Below are positions 8,875 to 18,660 of a stretch of 64,000 nt of DNA, piece by piece (within the stretch, counting starts at the first letter, position 1; every line of letters begins with the position of its first letter). The notes under the pieces are model-generated. The model saw only the letters and a list, made by a program, of their open reading frames with translations, ran no database searches and was not told where the DNA came from. The DNA lies in the NCBI GenBank assembly GCA_001794055.1, contig MGJB01000017.1, forward strand, positions 21,339-85,338. Reading direction: 5' to 3'. Made by a program: the position numbers and the translations under genes. This stretch comes from Candidatus Yanofskybacteria bacterium RIFCSPHIGHO2_01_FULL_41_26 (GTDB taxonomy: Bacteria; Patescibacteriota; Minisyncoccia; 2-02-FULL-40-12; GWA2-44-9).

Positions 8875-11800
8875 ATTTTACGTTGCGGAGCAAGTTCAAA
8901 TTCTTTCTCAATATCATACGCTTTTTCGTCATGAGGCCCGTTGCGAAATTCTGAAAGCAAGACTTCCTTTTTTATTTCGTCCGACCATTGGCGAATAGCC
9001 TCTGATATTTCTTTGTCATCACTGTGCCATTGGCCAAATATTTCATCATCAACTTTATATTTGGCTTCTTTTCTCATGTCCTGTATTTGTCGCATCAATT
9101 CTCTGGCATAACCCTCATAGACAAGCGTCTGGTCAAGTTCGATATTCAAACAAACCAACTCCTTCTGACTTTTATCATAAACAATTTCTTTTACATTGAG
9201 TTCTTCTTTAACCAAAATCTCCAGATCTTTCGGAAATTCGTTTGAGAGCCCCAGATGTACTGCCCTTAACGGCTGGCGGACTTTGATTTGTTTTTCTTTT
9301 CTTTGGGCTAAACCCAATGTAACAATGTTTTTAATTTCTTCCATCTGCTTCTCCAGTTCTTTGTTTATCTGTTTCTTGTTTACTTGAGGCCAATCGTGAA
9401 GGTGTACGCTTTCAGTCCCCGAGGACCGTCCTCGGTGGAGGCGCATATGGATGTCCTCTGCCATAAAAGGAATGAACGGGGCGATAACTTTGGCAATCTC
9501 CAAAAGCAAAAATCTTAAAAGCCCTAGGGCCTCTTTTCTTTTTCTTGAACGCCTGAGCCACCAGTTAGAAAGGTCCTCCGCAACAAATTTTTCGATCGTT
9601 TTTGCCGCCGAAGTCGGATCGTATTTATCCAAGCCGTCTGATACTTCTCCTAGCAATCTGTTTAATTTTGACAGTATCCACCTATCGAGCAGATTCAGAT
9701 TTTTGCCTTTAGTATCGTGGAAAGAACCGAATTCTCCTTTTCCGTATAATTCATAAAATCTTAAACAATTGTCAAGCGTACTGAAAAATCCTTTCTGTTT
9801 ATCTTCTATTTCTCTAGGGATTACGCTTTTACTTTCACCTATCGTCATTGACGACAAAAAATACCACCTCAACACATCAACGCCGTATTTATCCATAAAT
9901 TCCATGACCGGCACATAATTTCCTTTTGACTTGGACATTTTGGCGCCTTTTTCATCAAGCGTATGCCCAAGCACCATTACATTTTTATATGGCGCACCTT
10001 TTTCAAGCAGAGTTGATATGGCAAGAAGCGTAAAAAACCATCCTCTTGTTTGATCTATCGCTTCAACTATAAAGTCAGCGGGGAATTGCTCTTTGGATAT
10101 TTTTTTATTATCGAAGGGCCAATGCCACTGGGCATAAGGCATAGCGCCGGAATCAAACCAGACATCAATTAAATCAGGCACTTTTTTCATATCTGAACCG
10201 CATTTAGAACACTTGAGAACAACGCTGTCTATATACGGCCGGTGCAAATCCAACTCACCCAATTCGTTGCGCGGAATTTTAGACCAATTAAGGTTTTTAA
10301 TCTCAGCAATGCGCGGATACCATTGTGCCTTCCCTTCTTTATTCAATATCTGATCTCCGGTCAATCCTTCAGCGATTGTGTTCAACAACCAAAGAGGATC
10401 GCCATGGCTCACGATTAAAATATTTTTATTTTTATATTTTGCTTCGAGTTCAAACATAAATTCCGTCATGCGTTTACGAACATCATTTAAACTTTCGGCA
10501 TCGCGCTGGCGTGAATCCATAGTTCGATCTCCTCCGCCACCTGCGATATAACGAGATACCGGCTTACCATCCCAACCAGAAGCAGATCGATACTCATGTA
10601 ATCGTTCGTCAATCACAACTTTTTGATGCAGTATTTTGCCGGCAATTGAGGCTGTTTCGTGAGTTCGAATGAACGGCGAACTAAAAATATAATCAACCCC
10701 CTCCAGTTTTAACAGTTCAATGGACTTCTCAACCATTTTTTCACCTTCGGAGGTAAGGTGGTAAGCATCGTTTTCCTGACGAGTGTTCACGATCGCATCG
10801 CCCCCTTCATTCCGAGTAGAAAAGCCGTGGCGCATAATGTAATATGTATTTTGGGGACTAACTGAAAGTTTCTCGAGTTCTTTAACCGAACCGATCGTAG
10901 TTTTGTTGTCACACCCGCCCGACCGAACACTCTCGGTAGTTCGAACGGGTTGATTGCATTCCCAAATCGGCAATGGAGTCCCCCAATATCTTTCTCTCGA
11001 AAAAGCCCAGTCCTTCCCCTCTTTCAACCACTGGCCAAATCTGCCTTCTTTAATATGTTCGGGAATCCAATTTGTCTTCCGGTTGTTTTCAATAAGTTCT
11101 TTGTTAACCGCCGACATTTTGATGAACCATGATTCTTTGGCGTAATACAGAAGCGGGGTGTCACATCTCCAGCAAAAAGGATAATCATGTTCATAATTGA
11201 AAGTAATAAGTAGTAAGTGGTTAGTAGTAAGGTAGTCGAGAATTAAGTCCTCCGTTTCTTTGGCTTTTACATATTTCCGGTCAAGACCATGGCCAATATT
11301 TATAAATCTGCCCCGTTCATCAACCGTGTGAAATTTGGGAAGTCCTAATTTTGTGCCAAGGTTGTAATCGTCCTCTCCGTACATGACCGCAGTATGAACC
11401 ACACCCGTTCCGTCTTCGGTAGAAACGAAATCGGCATCGTAAATTCTGTATGATTTATCTGATTTAAGTTTTTCGACACTAAACAACGGTTCATATTCTA
11501 GACCAAGAAGATCAGAACCTTTGTAGGTTGTATTTAGTATTTCGTATTTAGTATCTTTGAGAACTCTCCCAACAGCACTTTCGGCTAATATAAAAATTTC
11601 ATCTCCAACTTTTACTGCTGTATAACCAATATCTTTCCCGACAGCCAAGGCAACGTTGCCAGGCAATGTCCACGGAGTTGTCGTCCAAGCAAGTACATAA
11701 AGGTTCGACCTTAAATCTCCAACAAGATTAGACCTTGCAGAATTTTTAACTTTAAATTTAACAAAAACAGATTTATCTGTAACTGTCTTGTATCCCTGGG

Positions 11801-12368
11801 CAACTTCGTGAGATGATAACGGCGTTCCACAGCGTGTGCAGAAAGGCACGACCCGATGAGCCAAATACAATAATTTCCTATCCCAGATCTTTTTTATTAT
11901 CGCCCAGAGCGATTCAATGTATTGGTTTTTGTAAGTAATGTACGGATCATTCATATCGAGCCAGAAGCCCATTTTTTTGGTCATCTGTTCCCATTCGTTC
12001 TTGTATTTCCAAACGCTCTCCTTGGCCTTCTTGTTGAATTTGTCTATCCCATATGTTTCAATATCTTTTTTGTTTTTAAAGCCAAGCTCTTTCTCAACCT
12101 CTATTTCCACCGGCAGGCCGTGAGTATCCCAGCCGGCTTTGCGCAAGACAAAATATCCGCGCATTGTTTTGTAACGGCCAAAAACATCTTTATAGATCCG
12201 AGTTAGAAAGTGTCCGACATGGGGCAGTCCATTGGCGGTCGGCGGACCTTCAAAAAAAACAAAACGCTTCGCTTTTTGACGGTTTTCCAGAGATTTCTTA
12301 AAAATATTATTATCTCTCCAAAAGTCCAGTATCTTCTTTTCTTTATCGACAAAATTAGAATCAGCCAT
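8853..12368 (-). CDS. ileS: isoleucyl-tRNA synthetase with inserted histidine-phosphatase-like domain
   Basis: 1171 aa. PPTANGLPHVGH (HIGH), WTTTPWTLPGN editing domain and KMSKSKGN are present. Residues about 472-715 form an extra domain with RHG, SSPFIRTHETA and VSHGDP motifs. Confidence 0.9.
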   Translation of the reverse strand: MADSNFVDKEKKILDFWRDNNIFKKSLENRQKAKRFVFFEGPPTANGLPHVGHFLTRIYKDVFGRYKTMRGYFVLRKAGWDTHGLPVEIEVEKELGFKNKKDIETYGIDKFNKKAKESVWKYKNEWEQMTKKMGFWLDMNDPYITYKNQYIESLWAIIKKIWDRKLLYLAHRVVPFCTRCGTPLSSHEVAQGYKTVTDKSVFVKFKVKNSARSNLVGDLRSNLYVLAWTTTPWTLPGNVALAVGKDIGYTAVKVGDEIFILAESAVGRVLKDTKYEILNTTYKGSDLLGLEYEPLFSVEKLKSDKSYRIYDADFVSTEDGTGVVHTAVMYGEDDYNLGTKLGLPKFHTVDERGRFINIGHGLDRKYVKAKETEDLILDYLTTNHLLLITFNYEHDYPFCWRCDTPLLYYAKESWFIKMSAVNKELIENNRKTNWIPEHIKEGRFGQWLKEGKDWAFSRERYWGTPLPIWECNQPVRTTESVRSGGCDNKTTIGSVKELEKLSVSPQNTYYIMRHGFSTRNEGGDAIVNTRQENDAYHLTSEGEKMVEKSIELLKLEGVDYIFSSPFIRTHETASIAGKILHQKVVIDERLHEYRSASGWDGKPVSRYIAGGGGDRTMDSRQRDAESLNDVRKRMTEFMFELEAKYKNKNILIVSHGDPLWLLNTIAEGLTGDQILNKEGKAQWYPRIAEIKNLNWSKIPRNELGELDLHRPYIDSVVLKCSKCGSDMKKVPDLIDVWFDSGAMPYAQWHWPFDNKKISKEQFPADFIVEAIDQTRGWFFTLLAISTLLEKGAPYKNVMVLGHTLDEKGAKMSKSKGNYVPVMEFMDKYGVDVLRWYFLSSMTIGESKSVIPREIEDKQKGFFSTLDNCLRFYELYGKGEFGSFHDTKGKNLNLLDRWILSKLNRLLGEVSDGLDKYDPTSAAKTIEKFVAEDLSNWWLRRSRKRKEALGLLRFLLLEIAKVIAPFIPFMAEDIHMRLHRGRSSGTESVHLHDWPQVNKKQINKELEKQMEEIKNIVTLGLAQRKEKQIKVRQPLRAVHLGLSNEFPKDLEILVKEELNVKEIVYDKSQKELVCLNIELDQTLVYEGYARELMRQIQDMRKEAKYKVDDEIFGQWHSDDKEISEAIRQWSDEIKKEVLLSEFRNGPHDEKAYDIEKEFELAPQRKIWIGLRK

Positions 12369-12410
12369 TTTGGTAAATTATCGGATAATTTTTGATGAAA
12401 AGCAATAATT

Positions 12411-12860
12411 ATGATAAGCTGTCAGATAAATATGAAAAAAACTATTTCGTTTTTAATATTAATCTTTATAATAAACCTGATCGGTTTATACAACCAATGG
12501 TATTTGATTTATCCCTGGTTTGACCAAGTTTTACATTTTTCAGGTGGATTTTTAATGGCCATACTTCTCTCGATATATTTAAAAAACCATCTTCTTGAAA
12601 ATGCTAAATTAAAAAACATCCTGATAGTTTTAGGCGCAGTTTCGTTTATAGGAATAACTTGGGAATTCGCTGAATACTTGGCCAGCCAAATCCTTGTTGA
12701 ATCAATTTATAGAAATTTCGGTATAAGAACTTATTTTATAGGCGACTTAAATGATACGATAAATGATCTGCTAATGGACATCCTCGGAGCTGGATTATTT
12801 TTATTTGTCTTACATTTTTTCAGGAATCGAAAGACCCATAAGATTCAAACAAATCCTTAG
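12411..12860 (+). CDS. multi-pass membrane protein (possibly VanZ-like)
   Basis: 149 aa with 4 predicted TM helices. Divergent from ileS. Confidence 0.4.
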   Translation: MISCQINMKKTISFLILIFIINLIGLYNQWYLIYPWFDQVLHFSGGFLMAILLSIYLKNHLLENAKLKNILIVLGAVSFIGITWEFAEYLASQILVESIYRNFGIRTYFIGDLNDTINDLLMDILGAGLFLFVLHFFRNRKTHKIQTNP

Positions 12861-14420
12861 AACCGTGTGCACTCCTTGAGCGAGCAGGAGACGGGCCGAT
12901 TGAAGTTCCGTGTCATTCTCCTGAATTACATGGTGCTTCTCATAGAACTTATGAAAATCTCCGGCGAGATTCAAAGTATACTGACCGAGATTATGAACCT
13001 GATAGTTTTCTGCGACGCCTTCAACAACTTCCGGAAACCTAACAAGATCTTTCAGTAATCGCAGTTCCTCTTTTTCTTTCAATAAATCAAGGTCGTTGGT
13101 CGTTGGTTGTTGGTTGTTGGTTGTTTTAGCAAAAATACTATTCAATCGCGAATGGGCATATTGAATATAGAAAACCGGGTTTTCTTTTGACTGTTTTTTT
13201 GCCAGTTCTATATCGAACTCCATGTGAGTATTCAAATCCCTGGAAAGGAAGAAAAACCTAATGGCATCTTTCCCGATCTCGGACAGCAAGTCGTCCATCA
13301 AAATAAACCGGCCCGTTCTTTTGGACATTTTTTGGATTTCACCGTCTTCTTTGATTGAAACTAATTGATGGAGAAGTATCTCCAGACGGTCGGGATCATA
13401 TCCTAGAGCCGCAACGCCCGTTTTTAATCTGACAACATCTCCATGGTGATCTGCTCCCCAAATATTTATTGTGCTTGTAAATCCCCTTCCAAATTTATTC
13501 TTGGTATAAGCAATGTCGTTCAACAAATAAGTCGTTGAGCCATCACTTTTTACTAAAACAGCTTTTTGCTCATTATTTATTTTTAACCACTTGGCTCCGT
13601 CTTCTTCAATTACAAATCCCTTCGATTCCAATTCGGCAAGAGCCGCTTCAACTTCTCCGCTTTCATGAAGTTTTGATTCAAAAAACCATTCATCAAATTC
13701 AACTCCCATTTTTTTTGAGGAATTTTTGGCTTTATCGATCATGGCATTAATCGCCCACGCCCGAACATGGCCCTCGGGTATCTTCTTATCCAAAAATTCT
13801 TGGGCCATCTCTTTAATATACTCGCCCTGATACATTTCCGAACCAAATTCCACCTTTTCACCTTTCAATTCTTTCATCCTTAACTTCACTGACTCAACAA
13901 GTTTATCCACTTGGTTGCCAACATCATTGATATAATACTCTTTGGTCACTTGATATCCTGTTTTTTCTAAAATATTGCCGAGTGTATCGCCGAATGAAGC
14001 TGCCCGAGCATTGCCGACCGTTAGCGGCCCAGTCGGATTGGCAGAGACGAATTCAAGATTTATCTTGACTCCTTTACCTGGCTCAGAATTACCAAATTTT
14101 TCTCCTCTTTCTACAACCTCAACTAACGAGTTCCTTAAATAATCTTCGCTTAGATAGAAATTAATGAACCCCGGCGGAACAAGCTGGATTTTTCTTAATT
14201 TTTTGCCCAATTCTTTATCGCCTAAAAGTTCTTCCACCAAGTCCTTTCCTGCTTCTATTGGGCTTATTCCTTTTTTCTTTGCCAAAACAAAAGCAAGATT
14301 AGTCGAATAGTCTCCCAACATATCTTCAGAAGGCATCAAAATATCGAACCCTACCCCTGGAATTCTGTCCGAAATTTCTTTTCTTAGCCACTTTTTTATC
14401 ATATCGTTTAAGTTTATCAA
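12810..14420 (-). CDS. argS: arginyl-tRNA synthetase
   Basis: 536 aa. N-terminal Arg_tRNA_synt_N-like region, SANPTGPLTVGNAR class I motif and C-terminal DALR-like domain. Confidence 0.9.
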   Translation of the reverse strand: MINLNDMIKKWLRKEISDRIPGVGFDILMPSEDMLGDYSTNLAFVLAKKKGISPIEAGKDLVEELLGDKELGKKLRKIQLVPPGFINFYLSEDYLRNSLVEVVERGEKFGNSEPGKGVKINLEFVSANPTGPLTVGNARAASFGDTLGNILEKTGYQVTKEYYINDVGNQVDKLVESVKLRMKELKGEKVEFGSEMYQGEYIKEMAQEFLDKKIPEGHVRAWAINAMIDKAKNSSKKMGVEFDEWFFESKLHESGEVEAALAELESKGFVIEEDGAKWLKINNEQKAVLVKSDGSTTYLLNDIAYTKNKFGRGFTSTINIWGADHHGDVVRLKTGVAALGYDPDRLEILLHQLVSIKEDGEIQKMSKRTGRFILMDDLLSEIGKDAIRFFFLSRDLNTHMEFDIELAKKQSKENPVFYIQYAHSRLNSIFAKTTNNQQPTTNDLDLLKEKEELRLLKDLVRFPEVVEGVAENYQVHNLGQYTLNLAGDFHKFYEKHHVIQENDTELQSARLLLAQGVHTVLRICLNLMGLSIPEKM

Positions 14421-14444
14421 AATTAAGAAAATTAAAAAGGGCTT

Positions 14445-14888
14445 TTAGCCCTCTTCTTCTTTGTATCTCTTTCGCGCCTCATCAATGAAGTCCCATAAAA
14501 TTCTTATCTGTTTCTTGTTTAAGGAGAAATAGAAATATTCTTCAAACTCCAATGTTCTGTCCTCCCTCCACTTAAATTCCTTGTCTGCCCTACATCTTCC
14601 TTTCGTTTTTTTTAAATCTTTCCATGGCAGATTTTCCGACATTTTCTCAAGAACAGTTCCGAGTCCAAAATGACATAATTCGTGGATAAGGACTTTGGGG
14701 GTACCCCTCTTTTTATCAAGATAGATAATTTCGTCTTCTTGATCGATCTCTCCTAAAGTAAGCCGGTCGCTTCTTTTTTCTGATTTTTTGAAATCTTTGA
14801 TTATAATTATCCAGCCCGAGTTGACAAAATGTTCCATCAATAAGTAAAAAAACCAATCCCTGAACTTATACAAGGACCTTCGTCTCAT
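14445..14888 (-). CDS. putative HExxH zinc metallopeptidase (SprT/DUF45-like)
   Basis: 147 aa. LIHELCHFGLG HExxH motif. Confidence 0.4.
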   Translation of the reverse strand: MRRRSLYKFRDWFFYLLMEHFVNSGWIIIIKDFKKSEKRSDRLTLGEIDQEDEIIYLDKKRGTPKVLIHELCHFGLGTVLEKMSENLPWKDLKKTKGRCRADKEFKWREDRTLEFEEYFYFSLNKKQIRILWDFIDEARKRYKEEEG

Positions 14889-14963
14889 ATTTGAAACCTC
14901 TTAAAGGAACTTGCTTAAAGAATATCCTAAAAGTCCAAAATTAAAAACGGCTGCTATCAGCCA

Positions 14964-15572
14964 TTAAAACGGGAACTCGGTAACAATCTCGTCAATGAGC
15001 CCGTTGGTTCCGAACCTTTTGGCACTCTGAGCATCCAGCCAGTAATCCTTCTTTTCGCTTAATTTCTTGATTTCATCCAAATCCATTCCCACCCGATCCG
15101 CAATAATTTTCATTGCGATGTCGTTGATGCGGTCCATTTCTTGTTGTCTTTCTCTTCCTTCATTGACTTCTTCCGATTTAAAGAACGGAAGAACTTGTCT
15201 TACCTGATGGACAAGAAATTGAGTATTCGGAAAAGAATACCTCTTTGTTCCGGCCTGCATAATAGCCGTTGCCATTGAAGCAACATATCCGACACCAAGG
15301 ACGTTTACCTCACAACCGGCGGCGGTAAGGGCTTTCATGAGGTCAAAAATAGCAAACCCTTGGCCCACATCTCCACCAGGAGAGTTCAAAAACAACCAAA
15401 TTGGCACATTGGCCTCAAATAAATGCCGATACATAAAATCCAAGGCGACAGAATAAGAAGCAGAACCATCAATCTCGTCGGCCATGATTAATACGCCTCT
15501 TTCCGCCAAAGCATATCTTCGCTCATCGCCAGGCTTAAGCTGCATTACTCTTCGATATTCATTAGCATTCAT
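14964..15572 (-). CDS. clpP: ATP-dependent Clp protease proteolytic subunit
   Basis: 202 aa. LNSPGGDV, GYVASMAT (Ser) and LVHQ (His) catalytic motifs. Confidence 0.9.
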   Translation of the reverse strand: MNANEYRRVMQLKPGDERRYALAERGVLIMADEIDGSASYSVALDFMYRHLFEANVPIWLFLNSPGGDVGQGFAIFDLMKALTAAGCEVNVLGVGYVASMATAIMQAGTKRYSFPNTQFLVHQVRQVLPFFKSEEVNEGRERQQEMDRINDIAMKIIADRVGMDLDEIKKLSEKKDYWLDAQSAKRFGTNGLIDEIVTEFPF

Positions 15573-15628
15573 TACTGTGTCCTTTCAAGGTTCTTCTGAC
15601 AATCAAAATACTATAATCCCAGGAGATG

Positions 15629-16159
15629 TCAAAGATAGAACCGCCACAATTTGTTTTTCCATTTTCCGGCGTAATCCACGCCTATCCGTTTGCCCTTTTT
15701 AATCTGGGATTTTTTAATTTTAATTTTGCTGTTTTCAATCCACAATAAGTCGTTTTTTGTTAAATCAACGGCATTGAGTTTCTTGTCTATTTTCAGTTCT
15801 CTACAAAGTTTCCCTGGTCCATCACAATTTTCATATTCAAGAGCCCTGATTAACACTGCTGACGGGTTACCTTCTTTTTCGGTGACAGTATTCAAACAAT
15901 TATACATTCCATATACAAGATAAACATAAGCGTGCCCCGGCGGACCGAACATTACTTTTGTTCTTTCGGTTAAACCCCGAGAGGCGTGGCAGGCGAGGTC
16001 TCTTATTCCACAGTATGCCTCGGTTTCGATTATTCTGGCTTTAATAATTTTGGCCTGCCCTGAGCGAATCGAAGGGATTTTCCGCACCAAAAACTTTCCC
16101 AAAAGATCTTGGGCAACCAATGCGGTATTTCTATTGAAAAATTTCCTATTTAGCTTCAT
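15629..16159 (-). CDS. mpg: DNA-3-methyladenine glycosylase (AAG/Mpg family)
   Basis: 176 aa. FFNRNTALVAQDLLGKFLV, ETEAY and GHAYVYLVYGMY are typical of Mpg. Confidence 0.85.
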   Translation of the reverse strand: MKLNRKFFNRNTALVAQDLLGKFLVRKIPSIRSGQAKIIKARIIETEAYCGIRDLACHASRGLTERTKVMFGPPGHAYVYLVYGMYNCLNTVTEKEGNPSAVLIRALEYENCDGPGKLCRELKIDKKLNAVDLTKNDLLWIENSKIKIKKSQIKKGKRIGVDYAGKWKNKLWRFYL

Positions 16160-16168
16160 ACTTAAGTC

Positions 16169-17242
16169 ATGACTACACCATCCAATGAATACGACAGGCT
16201 TCCAATCGAAGCGGTAAAGAAGGTCGCTCCTTCGGTCGTCAGTATTGTTATATCAAAATTCCTTCCCAAGATTAAGGGAGTTTGTGGCCTGCCTGGCCAG
16301 GGCATGCCTAGTACTCCTTTTTCAAACCCATTCCTATTCGGAGAAGTTGATCCGTCAGCTGACGGAGGCCAAAAAGAAAAAATAAGCATAGGCGGCGGAT
16401 CGGGTTTTATCGTTCATCCTGACGGTCTTATTCTCACGAACAAACATGTTGTTTTTGATCAGGACGCTGATTACACCATCATAACCACAGACTTGCAGGA
16501 ATATCCGGCAAAAGTTCTTTCCCGAGATCCAATCAATGATATCGCCGTTCTAAAGATCAACGCCAATGGGTTGCCGACTGTTCGTCTCGGAAATTCAAGC
16601 AAACTTGAACTGGGACAAACAGTGCTCGCCATAGGAAATGCTTTAGGCATGTTCTCAAACACTGTTTCAAGGGGAATAATTTCCGGTTTATCAAGAAGTA
16701 TATCTGCTGCCTTAGGCACTGAAGGAGAGATGGAGCACCTAAGGGGCGTACTCCAAACAGACGTAGCTATCAATCAAGGCAACTCGGGTGGTCCATTGAT
16801 TAATGTTGACGGGGAAGTTGTTGCCATCAATACCGCTATTATTTTCGGTGCCCAAAATATCGGATTTTCAATTCCAATCAACTGGGCAAAACAAGACCTT
16901 GAAGACATCATAAAATACGGAAGAATTGTTAAACCATATCTCGGACTTCAATATGTAAAATTAGATAAAAAGCTACAGAAACAATATTCCTTGCCTGTTG
17001 ATTATGGAGCGTTAGTGGTTCGAGATCACCGCCCGGATTCAGTAGCTATTGTTCCTAATTCTCCTGCCGCTCGGGCTGGAATCAAAGAGAACGACATAAT
17101 TCTTGAGTTAGATGGGGAGAAAATATCCGACGAACTCCAAGACATGCTCCAAAAGTTTTCTGCCCAAAGCGAAGTCGAACTTACGGTCTTAAGAAAAGAT
17201 CAGCAGATGAAGATGAAAGTAAAACTAGAAGAAAGAAAATAA
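16169..17242 (+). CDS. htrA: HtrA/DegP-family serine protease with PDZ domain
   Basis: 357 aa. GSGFIV...TNKHVV (His), DIAVLKI (Asp) and GNSGGPLIN (Ser). C-terminal PDZ. Confidence 0.85.
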   Translation: MTTPSNEYDRLPIEAVKKVAPSVVSIVISKFLPKIKGVCGLPGQGMPSTPFSNPFLFGEVDPSADGGQKEKISIGGGSGFIVHPDGLILTNKHVVFDQDADYTIITTDLQEYPAKVLSRDPINDIAVLKINANGLPTVRLGNSSKLELGQTVLAIGNALGMFSNTVSRGIISGLSRSISAALGTEGEMEHLRGVLQTDVAINQGNSGGPLINVDGEVVAINTAIIFGAQNIGFSIPINWAKQDLEDIIKYGRIVKPYLGLQYVKLDKKLQKQYSLPVDYGALVVRDHRPDSVAIVPNSPAARAGIKENDIILELDGEKISDELQDMLQKFSAQSEVELTVLRKDQQMKMKVKLEERK

Positions 17243-17404
17243 GACGCTCGGTCTTGTGATTTTTATAGCTCACACAACATCTATGCATGCTACGTAGTGT
17301 GCTTTTCTGAAATACTACTGATTTCACAAAAGCACGCCCACTCCGCCGGTTGGTTAGGTGGTTAGTTGATATTTGGCAATAAAATATCAAACTCTCTATG
17401 ATGC

Positions 17405-17435
17405 AAAAAAAAATAGCCCTCTGGGCTATTTTTAA
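17405..17435. terminator. bidirectional hairpin terminator between htrA and a minus-strand ORF
   Basis: A-run, AGCCC-tct-GGGCT hairpin, then T-run. Confidence 0.4.
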
Positions 17436-17698
17436 TTCATTTTGCATATGACTTGTTCTCTGTAAAGTATCGGTTTTAGTTTAAAATTTCTATTACTGTT
17501 TACTAAACACCATTTATTGAATTCTTCAATTGCTTGATTCTCATCAACAATTGATTCATACTTTCTCAACAATAAGTTTAATTTTATATCTTCCTCAAAT
17601 TCTCCACCGATGTCTTCATGTCCATAATCTATAAATCTAACAAAAAATGGACAAGTTAAGTCAAGTTCTCGAACAGAAATAATTTTCATTTTCAACAT
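17432..17698 (-). CDS. hypothetical protein
   Basis: 88 aa ORF with no motifs. Confidence 0.3.
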   Translation of the reverse strand: MLKMKIISVRELDLTCPFFVRFIDYGHEDIGGEFEEDIKLNLLLRKYESIVDENQAIEEFNKWCLVNSNRNFKLKPILYREQVICKMN

Positions 17699-17906
17699 TC
17701 CGCCTCACCAAATTATCAATATTCTTAATCCAAGATAGCTGAAAATATTATTTTGGACAACCCCTTGACACTACAAGATTCTAGCCCTACATAGGTCCGT
17801 CCGCCCTATGTAATTGTCTAGGCTGTTGAAATTAAACCAGCTAATCTTGACTTAGATTAACTTTCATGTTAACCTTAAGACCACACTTTTCCCAAAAGAG
17901 GTTTTC

Positions 17907-18110
17907 ATGAAAACACCTGATGTACCACTAAGTGAGATATTCCATTTGGAACTATTCAAACATGGTGAAGAATGGTTTATCAAATATTGTCACCATCACG
18001 AAAAAGGAAATGCCCGACATCGGTCAAGCAAAAGAGACTACGTTTCCTTGCCACCGGAAACTTTAGTCCAAAGAAAAAAACCCGACATCTCCATTCAGTT
18101 TGCCGACTAA
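17907..18110 (+). CDS. small hypothetical protein
   Basis: 67 aa ORF. Its stop lies inside a terminator hairpin. Confidence 0.25.
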   Translation: MKTPDVPLSEIFHLELFKHGEEWFIKYCHHHEKGNARHRSSKRDYVSLPPETLVQRKKPDISIQFAD

Positions 18111-18129
18111 CTGTCGGCTTTTTATTTTT
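18102..18129 (+). terminator. rho-independent terminator
   Basis: GCCGAC-taact-GTCGGC followed by TTTTTATTTTT. Confidence 0.55.
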
Positions 18130-18154
18130 AAAAAGCAAAATTTAAGGATATCAT

Positions 18155-18604
18155 GTGGATATGGCAGAATATGCGAATAATCCAAAAGCGGGGTTTGATT
18201 ATGAAATACTGGAAACACTTGAGGCGGGTATTGTGTTGAAAGGATATGAGGTTAAATCAATCAAAACAGGCAAAGTTTCAATCAAGGGTTCTTATGTGAA
18301 AATACTCAACGGAGAACCATTTTTGGTTGGCGCCATTATTTCACCTTACCAGGCGGCAAACACTCCAGCCGACTACGACCCCCAATCTTCCCGAAAACTT
18401 TTGCTTTCCAAAAAACAAATTTCAGTTCTGGTCGGAACATCCCAAGCCCATGGACTAACGCTTGTGCCCCTGAAACTTTATGACAAAAAGGGCCGAGTAA
18501 AACTCCTCGTTGGTATCGCCAGAGGCAAGAAAAAGTATGACAAACGAGAAACAATCAAGAAAAAAGATATCGCTAGGACCAGACAGAGAGGTATTGACGA
18601 ATAG
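18155..18604 (+). CDS. smpB: SsrA-binding protein
   Basis: 149 aa. YEVKSIKTGKVSIKGSYVKI and C-terminal basic tail are typical of SmpB. tmRNA gene nearby. Confidence 0.9.
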   Translation: MDMAEYANNPKAGFDYEILETLEAGIVLKGYEVKSIKTGKVSIKGSYVKILNGEPFLVGAIISPYQAANTPADYDPQSSRKLLLSKKQISVLVGTSQAHGLTLVPLKLYDKKGRVKLLVGIARGKKKYDKRETIKKKDIARTRQRGIDE

Positions 18605-18660
18605 TCGTTTTAGATATAAAATATTGACATCCTGTTCAAAGGGATAAGGGGTCTCGGAGT

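Noticed and set aside
9024-12206. Multiple 60-100 aa plus-strand ORFs inside ileS
   Set aside because: Antisense to a continuous, motif-rich 1171 aa IleRS ORF. Low-complexity translations.
13080-13130. Short tandem GTTGGT repeats considered as possible CRISPR or array
   Set aside because: They are only 6 nt units inside the argS reading frame with no spacers. This is a simple coding microsatellite.
16162-16389. 75 aa minus-strand ORF overlapping htrA 5' end
   Set aside because: Antisense to a well-supported htrA coding region. No independent evidence.
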